Shown here piece after piece: positions 53,606 to 64,000 of a DNA stretch of 64,000 nucleotides. The stretch covers positions 4,092,001 to 4,156,000 of the forward strand of contig NC_134028.1 of the NCBI RefSeq assembly GCF_964204645.1. Reading direction: 5' to 3'. Source of the DNA: Tubulanus polymorphus (Eukaryota; Animalia; Nemertea). The number at the start of each line of letters is the position of its first letter. Position 1 is the first letter of the stretch. The position numbers and the translations under genes are program-made. The notes under the pieces were generated by a model. It did no database searches. It worked only from the letters and a program-made list of their open reading frames with translations, and was not told the origin of the DNA.

Positions 53606-53777
53606 CCAGCGGGTGGCAACCTTGGTGTAAGATATTTTGAAGATTCCCAAGAAGATCTAGTGTCAAATTTCTAACCACCACACTCTGGTAGTACCAGCCT
53701 GATCTTGTAGAACCTGTAAATTTTCTTTCGAACGCCATGAACCGACACGAGTAACGCAAAGTGCTGCCACCTACTGG
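53606..53777. promoter_or_regulatory. Two CTCF-like motifs in convergent orientation
   Basis: CCAGCGGGTGGCAAC (+, 53606-53620) and CCAGTAGGTGGCAGCAC (-, 53777-53761) resemble the CCASYAGRKGGCRS consensus. Confidence 0.45.
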
Positions 53778-56514
53778 CGCCGTATAAAACTAGAACAAGT
53801 ATGGCAGCTCTACTCGAAAACGAATTTATTACTCATCTACTGGGAATCAAATCTTGATGACGTCAGGGAATGGTTGTTTATTCGTTGTGATGTCATCACA
53901 CGTAGTAAAAGCGGAAATGGGCTTGGTATATGTGAGAATGGAATTCTGAGAAATCTGCAACTCAAGTCGAGAGAATGAATGACTACAGGGGATAAAATAA
54001 AGTAATTCCCATACTATGGGAGACGTCTAGAATAGTTCCTAGTAATAGTTGCTATAAAATGATTTTACGACGGCCCTTGCTCGGTACGAAAAACCACATT
54101 CATTGATAGCGAGAAAGACTAAAGCAGAAAGAAAAAATATGATATATATCAAGAATATTCGCAAAAATGTTCTTTCTAACCCTTCCGAAATTGAACTAAA
54201 AATTGAATTTAGCAGTGTTTAATTGCCTTTTTGGAAGAGAAGCCATATTGATTACAGACGTTGAAAAACATTCTCAATATACTTTATGTACCGAATATAC
54301 TTAAAATTCACATATTGTATGTATTTCATAAAATTCATCGTGTCATAATTGATGGCAATCAGATTTCTGTGTGCAATGGACCCATAATCACGCTTGTTGA
54401 CCTGTAATGGTTCTAACTAGCTTAAAAGATGGAAAGTTCTGAAAAGGAATTTCGTCAGTGTAGCCTACGTAGCCATATCTTATGAAATGTGATTATTGTA
54501 AAAGAGTCGGAGATGAGTTTCATATTCTTTACGAATATAAGAATCTTAGTTATCCTCCGAGAAAGGTCGAAATATTTCCCTCGTTACTTTTGGCAAAGTC
54601 CAAATTCTCTTCAGAAACGAATATTTGATTTCCTAAATCGAAGCAGCTATTTGATTAATCAGATTTTCCACCAACGAGCGTATAGTATGACGAATATATA
54701 ATTAACGAACTGAGTGGTAGAATGAGAATAATTAACGCTATTTCAGAGAGTTCGTCGACCTGACATATCGTAGCAAGCAATTAATATATTTGTATGTGAA
54801 TAAGATCGAGACAGATTAAGATTAAGATTACCTTCTAAGCGGATTCAGTTTCTTACAAAACAGTTGCTTTATGTTTGTTCCTCTAACCTGGTGTGTTCTA
54901 TGAAGAGTGAGGGAAGCATTTTTTTACAGTTCCAGCCTCACGCGTTATATAAAAAATGTAACGATAGTTTTGTATCAACAATTTAGTAAAGAAAAGATAA
55001 ATAACTCGTAAAAAAATAGGTTACTAGAATAAGGTAGCAAATTCATGAAAAAATCATTGAATTACTAAATGAAAACAAAATTTCAAAAACGTGATAAATA
55101 TATATTATCTCAAAAGCAGTCAGCGCTCAACAAAAATGCAGCAGAAAAATATTATCACCTTCATGACCGTTTTGGCAAGTTGGTTTTTATCTAGCAATAA
55201 TTTTTCATGAATTCGTTACAGTGTTTAGGCCTCTTTACACACAGTTACAACGGTGAAAGGAGCCCCGGGTATGTTGACTCATTATGTGAGTAATGTTCAA
55301 AGCTTGCCTGGAAAACAGAATAAGCGACATTAATCCGCTGAATTATTATTATTTTCAAATATCATTGAATCACGTTGTAAAACATCATCAAACGTTGCGA
55401 AACAACAAGTTCTCGTAGCGAGAAATAATAAAAGTTTTAATTCTCAGAAAAATGCAGTAGATTGTGCTAATATTGATGCTAGATCTTCCCGAACCGATGA
55501 AATGTCAACCGATATTTATGTCATATTTCTGAGAAAATTAAACTGCTTAAGTTGCGTCTCTGTTTAGATGGTTTTATTTAACTATCACATTCATGAAAAC
55601 ATATGAATATTCTGTTCTATCTATTTTTTTTAATGATAAGTTCGACTGCGTAAAGTTTATTTATGGTCGATTGTGTAATCGATGAACCAATGTAGGCTGC
55701 ACACATTGATATTTAAACAATCAGAACCAGTCCTGTGTTCATTCATCATCCATACCTCCCTCAAACTTCACAGCTCTTGTATAGAGATACACGCTGAGCT
55801 GTGCATGATCACGATCCTTCATGACCACGACCACTATTACCGACGCCTTAATCCAACCAAAATACGCCTCTTGCTGTTTTACAAATCAACACGATTAAGG
55901 GTGATTCTCTCATCACCAACCTACTTGTCAATCCTCGTCGAAAATCAATGTACATCATCGGAAACCTGTATATGTTGTGACTGGGTTTGTTGTGTCTAAC
56001 TTAACTGAACAGACAAATCAAACACCTTAGGTATAATTTCAATTTTTACATTCAAGTCTGGTCCATTCAGACATTGGATATTCTTGAGCAAGGCAAGTAA
56101 AGCATTTTTCGTTCCTACTTCCTTTCCCATTTCTTTAAACCTGGCATTAGCCCGGAATTCATCTACATTTGAACCCGGGATTTGAACGCATCCAACAAAA
56201 ACGTATATACTGTACACAAGAGTGATGGGTTTCGAAGAAAAGCTGGTCAGTACTGAAAAATATATTTGTTTGTGGACATCCTGGTAGCGTAATTTGTCTG
56301 AACTTCATGGAAACTGATGACTCAAAACCAGTTCATTTTAATGTTAGAATAGGCTGCTTCGATGTAGGAAAACCGCAAAGTTTATGATTTGATAATTTAC
56401 ACCGCGAACCGCAGACTCCATTGTAATCAAATTAATCTACGAAAGGCAAACAATGAAAAAAGTACCTAAAATCAGTGGTTCAACTTGCGACAGGTGCCGC
56501 CAACAATGAAAACG

Positions 56515-57020
56515 TGGTCCCTGTTATCGGAAATCGCGTAGTTCCAATATGCGATTGATTACCAAGAAATATTGATACGATGCGAGTATATACAATGGTT
56601 TTCTCATAAAGTCTTATAAGGGCCCTTTCATTGATTACGCACGCGTAAGGGAGGAGTTAATGCGATGGTATAATATATCTAATGCTTAAAGAGTGGGCAA
56701 ATGGCTGATTTGAGGGTGGAGATAAGAAAATTCAAATTGTGCCGCCATCGATAAGAACGTGTTACCAGTTAACGGGAATCGCGTGTAGTTCCTGTATTGA
56801 AATCAATATTCGATTGATTTCCAAGAACTATTGAGCCTTTGATACGTGCAAATATAAACCATATTTTTCTCATATAGATGAGGCATTCATTCATTACGCA
56901 TGCATTAGAGGAAGGAGATGGTGCTTAAAAAGTATATAGGAAAAAAGCTGATTTTGCGAACAAGGGGAGGGGTTTGAAAAATTCATATTTTATGCGTACG
57001 CAATAAATGAACGATCCCTT
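56515..57020. repeat. Diverged ~250-bp tandem duplication including a MITE-like fragment
   Basis: aatcgcgt..gtagttcc..cgattgatt.ccaagaa.tattga..tttctcata..ttcatt.attacgca occurs at ~56530-56640 and again at ~56777-56900. The ends taagggccctttcattgattacg and cgcaataaatgaacgatccctta are imperfect inverted repeats. Confidence 0.6.
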
Positions 57021-58383
57021 ATGATTATAATACGTTCTAAACTTTACGATAGGTTCTATACTGCCGTCTGCCGTCAGTCAAATATCGAGAATAACGAACA
57101 CGAGAATAAAACTAATTTCATTCTTCCCTCTGTTTGCATAATTTATGTAATAAATTCTGACTAGTTATAAGTCACCAGAGATTATGCAGTGAAATGTCGC
57201 CGGGCCTGCTGGATATTTGGCATTCTAATGATAGCAATCGAAAACCTTCAACCGAAATCGTTAGTTCGATGAGAATGACTATTTTTACCTTCGCCGGCAT
57301 CATTAGATTAGAAACCAGAAGTTTTTGCTCTTCTCTGTGACATTTTCTAACCGTTTCGAGACACCTAGCTTTGCCAGGTTACAAAGAAAAAAAATTAGTC
57401 AGTTGGAATCTGTATACGACAAATTAATTCTTCCTCGCGATTCCGACCAAACGAACCGGGATTGGGCAATATTATAAAGACTCCTTTCATTTAATCAACT
57501 ATTCCGAAATTCAAAACTCTTTAGACGAATAGCGTAAAATAATTCAGATTATGACGACTGAAGTTCGTCCTATTTTATCTCGCGGTCGCCTTTGAATATT
57601 TTGAAAAGCAATGACGCTCTGCGAATCTGGGTACGAGATTATGATATGGCGGAATTCAGAATGCGACGATGCTGGAATATTGAAACCAACCGTTGGTGAG
57701 AAGCTGTCGAGATACGGAAGAGAAAAGAACCGCCGTTTTTCCGAGAAACGACATTAATTCGCTGGCGATGTCCCCGAGCGAGCGAGCGAAAAATTGTCTG
57801 CTAATAGAAAGCCAATTATTTCCGTCGGCTTGTTAACTTCGCGACGTCGAGAATGAAAATGGAAATGTGCATATACTAGACATCATTCGGGGCTACTGGA
57901 AACCTAGTTCTCCTTACGCGAATAATAATTGTTTGATATACGATCAGTCTTAGGCAATAATTGCATCTTATTCACGAATAATTCCTTTGAAACAGATTTC
58001 ATGGTCCTCCATCAAGGGAGTTGATAGATAGATTTGCTTTTATTATTTGTTAATTATTTCCATGAAAATTGCGGTTCCATCGCCTGATATTAAATGTGTT
58101 GTTTACTGCCTCGTAGGTAGCCGTTACATATAGTAGGAAACGTATATTCATGTTGTTAGAAGCAAGAATCCGCTCTGCAAATTTTTTTTTGTTTTTAAAC
58201 TTTTGATAGAACTATATCAATGAACAGTAGTTAATGAATCACTTGAAATAGTAAAATCCGTAATTTAGTAATAAAACGTAAAAAATCCCACAATTTTAGA
58301 TGGACTCATAAGCGCAGCTTATTGGAATATAGAAAACATTTCGGGTGGGTACCACTAACCTTCGTCTGTCTAAATGATAGTTA

Positions 58384-58557
58384 GGCTAAAATTACCTTAC
58401 CTTCTTTCTGCTGCGCTTAAATGTTGACCGGACCGCCAACGTTACTGTTTTTAAAACCATGATCAAGCTAACCATAACTAACATAACTGATTACAAACGT
58501 CATTGCAGTTTACAAAACGACCCGCCGATTAGGAGAAACGAGGTATCATTTTCAGCC
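58384..58557 (-). mobile_element. ~220-bp MITE family, copy 3 (inverted, internally deleted)
   Basis: ggctaaaa..tacctt..ctgcgcttaaatgttgaccggaccgcc...aggtatcattttcagcc matches the reverse complement of copy 1. Confidence 0.65.
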
Positions 58558-59841
58558 TTATTCATTTTAGATTGACGAAGGGTGGTAACAACCGAAATAT
58601 TTCTGTATTTTAATTTTTTATTTTTTATTTAATTTTTAAAAGGTTTTATTCAATTTGCAATTGTAGGATATCTTGTTTATAACATAGTTAATGCTTGATA
58701 TGATTTGCCGTTTTAACTATAATATATTGTAATTGTTTGATCTAAGTTATGGGAAATCACCACTTTTACTCACGCACATCTGATGGTTTACATACGCGTG
58801 GAATCCATAATTCATGAAGACTATAGTCACCGTGAATTTAAGGTAGAATATCATGTAATATACTAGTCATTCGTGTCAATTTTCAAATGTAAGATGCGTG
58901 ATGAACCAAAACTACATTCTATCAATTTTGCACTGGCCTGACCTTTCATTTACAATATAGCTAAAATGTCAGCGGCACAAAACGGTTTCCGGAAAATCTA
59001 TTAGTAAATGAAAACCGTGTAAAAACCTCTTAGAAAATTGACGTAGTGTTAATTATTATGATGATACGAAATCTATGTATTCATGGGTTGGGGACATTTA
59101 AATCGTTGCTTACTTCGTTCTTCTCGAATAGAGGTTATAATAAAGATCAATAAGTGAAAAATTCCCCGTGTGGAAGCCCTATGGATTTCGGGTAGATATA
59201 AGACAAATGTTGAATTTGTTCTCCTCAAGTACAGGACAGAATGAAAAATATTCATTTGTTTATTTGTTCATTAAGCGAATGATGATTTTATCAATCCAAT
59301 CTTTAGGATGAAAATGAAAAATCTAATGTCTATATTTTTATTTCGTCTTTGTTTTGCTTTTTTATTTTACTTGATCAAAATGTTCGTTAATCCTTGGTCT
59401 CGGGTGTGTAGCTATATAAAGATACATTTCTCCCAACTGCTTGAAATAACTTATCGGCCGAGTTTATCGTAAACCCGGGATAGCTTCTCGAAAGTCGAGA
59501 ACAATAATTCATTAATTCAGTTCGTTCCTGGAATGATCCGGATTAACATTAGCGGTGTTAATAGACACTTCCTCTTGCTGCAGTTAACAACTCGGTTTTA
59601 CAGCCGGTTATAGTTTCTAGGAAAATAGAGTTCGTATGGAAGGATAGAACATCTGCCTTGTCGTGAATATAGACCATTTTATGAATTGTTACTTTTTAAA
59701 ATTTAGCTGTGTGTATACATTGGTTTCCGGATGATTGGAAAACCATTAATGTCGATTGAAGCAGCGGTCTGGAGCCATTTGGGATCCTTACGATTTTCTG
59801 AGTAAATAATACTGGGAGAATTTGAATCATTATACATCATA

Positions 59842-60003
59842 CAGTGGGAACTCGTTAATACGAATCTTTTGGACAAAAGTATAATTGTGTTCTTAATCGG
59901 GTTTCGTATTATCCAAAGTTTGATTGATATAAATATCTTAGCTGGGACACGCTGGAAATCATCCTAATAAACAATTTTCGTCTTAAACAGAATTATTGTA
60001 CTG
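59842..60003. mobile_element. Degenerate Tc1/mariner/pogo-type MITE
   Basis: TA|cagtgggaactcgttaatacgaa ... ttcgtcttaaacagaattattgtactg|TA shows CAGT termini and a TA duplication. Confidence 0.45.
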
Positions 60004-63000
60004 TAGTGGCGAGGTTTATGAATTTCTTATATTATTTGACGAGGCCTGACTGGTCAACTCACTGACAGGACAAAATACCTAAAATAACGGCTCAGTGGTG
60101 GTAGCGGCTAGTACCCGGTGTTTTTGAGTTCTAGCTCCGATCCATGGAACACTTATGAAATAATTTTCAGTATTGAAAGCGAGAGTATTTTCAATTGTCA
60201 TTCCCAGGGTTCATTGATTTTTCCATTCTGTAAAAGTTATTCATCGTCGTGCCGAGATTTCTACATTGAATATCGATATAACCGATAATGTTTTCACGTA
60301 CAAACGCGGTTTATATCAAAAACGTATTTCAGTATCTCGACTGTCATCGGGACATTTTTTAGATTTACTATTGAAATCGTAGATAACGATTCTACTGTTT
60401 GAATGCGATATTATCTAAATGGGTCGTATTTTAATGAGGTTAGTTGGCATTCATGTACTTTCTTTTACTTGTTCCGAGTTCAAATTGTCATTTTACGCCA
60501 TCACCAAAACCTTATTCGCCGATTCAAATTTTGTCTATGAAATCCGACGCTTATATTTGCAAGGTGTGTATAACATGTTTGTCATATTCCGCTTTTTCTT
60601 GATGCGCATCTACAGTTTCATTTGACAAAATGGATAACGTAGTCACGGGCATTTTCAATTTCTCAGAAGCCATTGTTTTATGTGCATCGTAGCGGTGTTG
60701 GTTGACTATGCACCACGCACGTAAAAACATAAAACAAAGTTTCATTTTCCGAGAATCTTTCGATAAGAATTGTAAAAAGCTTATACTAAAAATGGACACT
60801 CGATCGCATCCAGTGAGTTGCGAGATTAGATGCTTGCCTACGTCAAGTAGATCCGATATGGTTACCATAATCACGAACATAAACATATCTAGAAGGAACT
60901 AAACTCGTCCAAGAACGAGTTTATATCTCACTTGACACTTGTGACGGCCCTTATCTTTGTTTCATAATGTCTATTCTTTATTTTCGGATATCGAATATCA
61001 GAAATATACTGAACAGGAATTGAACCTTTCAGACATGAGTCTAAAAATAAGCTGACCATACCGTTAAACGTCGAATAGATTGATAAAAAGAAAAAGGTTC
61101 AAGTTGTTTAATGTCGGTTACTATTTCAGAATTTCTTGCATTTCATTTGTTTTGAATATAGCCGATTTCTCTTTTCGTTTTTGACTCGACCAATCTACAT
61201 GTCTTTTGGCATTTTCCTATATTTCATTCCTTATGAAACATTCCTTAAAAGAGTATTCTTACCTCTAGATCTGAATTCTATGTACATCCACATCTTTGCG
61301 GATTTATCGTAACGTTGCAAATCGCTTTTTTAATCTAGAATTTTCATAAGGTTTTCTTTGAGTTCTACTCTTTCAATTGGATTGAAGCAGGTTCAATCGT
61401 TCGCATGGAAAATAGCTTTTAGGTCTAAAAAGCTAAAAATGTCATCATAATCATGATATTTTTGCCCGAGTTGCCCTCAAAAGAGGTAAATTTCAAAGAA
61501 TTCTGTCTCATGACCACGCGTGCTATACGAGTTCACAAAAATATCCATTCCAAGAAACCGATCTTACCTAGACTTTTCAAACTAGATAACTTGCTGCATA
61601 CGTCTGAATCTTAAAAACCTATAATTGCTCACTTTTAAGTTTTGTAATGGAAAAATCTAAGATTAGATAAGCAAGGTGAATGATTGAAAATTTCACCATT
61701 CTATCGTGTTAGATTATCTCTTATCGAGCGACTAAAATGATGATGACTCTGACAGGATGAAGATATAAGCGTTTCAGACAAATTCCAATGTTTTGACGCC
61801 GTAAAAACCGTTACAAAAAATAATTTTATACATCGAAAAATATTGGGCGCTATTCAATGATAATGAATGAAAATAAATAAGTTTTATATACGTAGCGCAG
61901 GTATTTTATTGAAACAGTTCAGATGCGCTCCTCGGTAAGTGTCGTCCGAGTGGTAGTGAGTGCTCGAGTGATAGTACGTACGTCGATGTGCACTACGTCA
62001 TCAATATTAGTGTTTCAGAATAAAACTTACAATTGGGAATATTCTATTTGTACAAAAAGGTTCACAGCCTCTATTTCATGAATTTTCATTTGATTCTAAT
62101 AATGCATTTAAATTGAAATTAGGACATTGTGCGAGTGGATGTGCACTACGTCATCAATACTGGGGCTCGACTGGTTGGTGGTCAATTGTCGATAATTCGA
62201 AATTCAAGATATTTTGTTGGTCCTGAATATTTCTTTATATATTATATTATATCAATCACTGTCGACAATATTAAGAAATATATATACAAGCGCAGGCCAC
62301 TCCCTGAAGCAACAGGTCGAAGTCAATCACAGAATCTGGACCCATATCTATCATTTCTGAAAATAGAAATTCTCGGTAAAACTATCATTGTCATATATAT
62401 GATTGGTTACATTATTTTCTAGTAAATAATCACATTCGTTTGTTTGTGAAACAAACAAACAAATACGTTCTCGATAAATAGAACATTGTGTTGCGTGTAT
62501 GCACACAATACGTATATCATTACAATAAAAACGGGCGAGGTATTTCTTGGAACTGGTTCCGCTCGGTAAATCCGACTGGATTCCAGGTAAAGCCATCATT
62601 GCAGCGACACCCGCCATTTCAACTGTTAGCAGTATACCATCAGTACAGATGTTACCTCGAGTCGCGATGGTCTATCGTATTATTTTTCGTGTTGTTTTGA
62701 GGCTGTTATAGTGTCACCAAAGTTCAAGGAACTCGGGTCCATTTTTAGTTCGTTTTCTAGATAAACAACATGTTTTCATTTCCAATTCGAGTATGTATCG
62801 ACCGTCACAGCCGAGTTGGAGCTTCCATTCATCGCTTCACATAACGACAGATTCTAATCGATATTGTCGTTCAAGAAAATAATAAAATTGTTTGCAACCA
62901 AATAAAGATGTAACCGTACTTCAGTTTATTAAATGAATGTTCCACAGAGGCGTGGATCAACGGGAAACGTGCGTAAAAAACATGGATTCTAAAACGAATC

Positions 63001-63121
63001 GGAGTCCATGGTAAAAACTCGCACGTACGTATCAGTGCACAGTCTTCATCTGTGAACACCTCTTTCCTTTGATCGCGTAAAACTACTAACACCACATGAC
63101 TGGTCGATTGCCTCCTTTAGC

Positions 63122-63124
<3 letters not shown>

Positions 63125-63186
<62 letters not shown>
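63125..63186. repeat. Compound (TA)n / poly-A microsatellite
   Basis: Two (TA)n runs separated by an A-tract, read directly from the sequence. Confidence 0.9.
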
Positions 63187-64000
63187 GGATATCTCTGTTT
63201 CCAGGAAATGTCTCGTACCAGTTTCAGATAACCTTGAGGTTCGTATATTGAAAAAAAAACCGCTCAATTATACCCGAGTTATCAGTTGTATACCGAACCT
63301 GCGATAAGGAAACTTCGGCCTCACATTCTTTAATTCAAAGAAAAGTTCGCTGGTAAGGTGTAATCCTACGTGCAGTTTTCTCACCGAACATGAAACACAC
63401 CCGACTGTCTATTCCAAATACCAAATCTGAAAGGTCAAGAAAAACGATAAGAGGCGACGCACCCCGTTTTAAAGGAAAGGGGTATCTTGATTCTTGTATA
63501 AGTTGCGTCGAAATATCACACTATCTATATCCGTGTCTGTTCGTAGTTTTTTCTTTCGTGTTCTTAGCTCTCAAGTCTATGATCTAGATCAATCTATTGT
63601 TTTTGTATAATGAATGATACCAACAGGCTGTCAAGTGGTCTTTGAAAAAAGCAGATGAAAATAGGGATACTCCTATTGGCATATTTTAAGTATAGATTCT
63701 AGATTGCTGGACAAGGCCGGGAATTGACTCACAAATATATATTGTTTTTTACTTATGCTACGGGAATGCTCCAAACATGAAAACATGTACGTCATTAAAT
63801 AGACAATCAACGCAACAACAATACGTGTGAGTCAAAATCATTTCTTAAAAGCGCAGTGTAATCAAGTATCGATATAGCATCCCTCAAGGGCGGGTACAAA
63901 CATAGCCAAACGGTAGGAAACCGGTACGACAAAAAAGAAAAAAACAGTATATTTCATGGCGTGCGAGGTGTTCATTTTGCACAAAAAAATGAAAACGAGA

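Noticed and set aside
60088-60150. tRNA-like A/B boxes (ggctcagtgg...gttctagctcc); similar traces near 44265-44335 and 40630-40700
   Set aside because: No cloverleaf can be built. These are at best decayed tRNA-derived SINE heads and are too weak to call.
51000-64000. Short ORFs across the last 13 kb
   Set aside because: None resembles a protein family I recognise and no spliced gene model could be built. Small exons could still have been missed.

Overview
AT-rich eukaryotic (animal) genomic DNA with short GT-AG introns. The gene structures suggest a lophotrochozoan invertebrate, but this is inference. Four protein-coding genes can be supported. (1) A single-exon GT31 beta-1,3-galactosyltransferase-like gene (+, 1810-3402). 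(2) CDK1 (-, 7 coding exons, 8848-11357). (3) A ~27-kb striated-muscle-type myosin II heavy chain gene (-, ~13053-40050). (4) A head-to-head MEI1-like meiotic gene (+, 40954-50531). The most notable part is the combinatorial design of the Mhc gene. It has 2 alternative P-loop/loop-1 exons, 4 alternative switch-I exons, two candidate 6-nt loop-2 microexons followed by 3 alternative loop-2 exons, 2 alternative post-loop-2 exons, 2 S2-hinge exons and 3 candidate C-terminal tailpieces. An intronic 232-codon alternative first exon would produce a headless catchin-like rod protein. Rbfox-type (U)GCAUG motifs flank several alternative exons, and MEF2/CArG motifs sit at the putative promoters and in one intron. 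The last ~13 kb has no recognisable gene but contains several MITE-like elements and two CTCF-like motifs. All exon boundaries were read by eye; no expression data or database searches were available.
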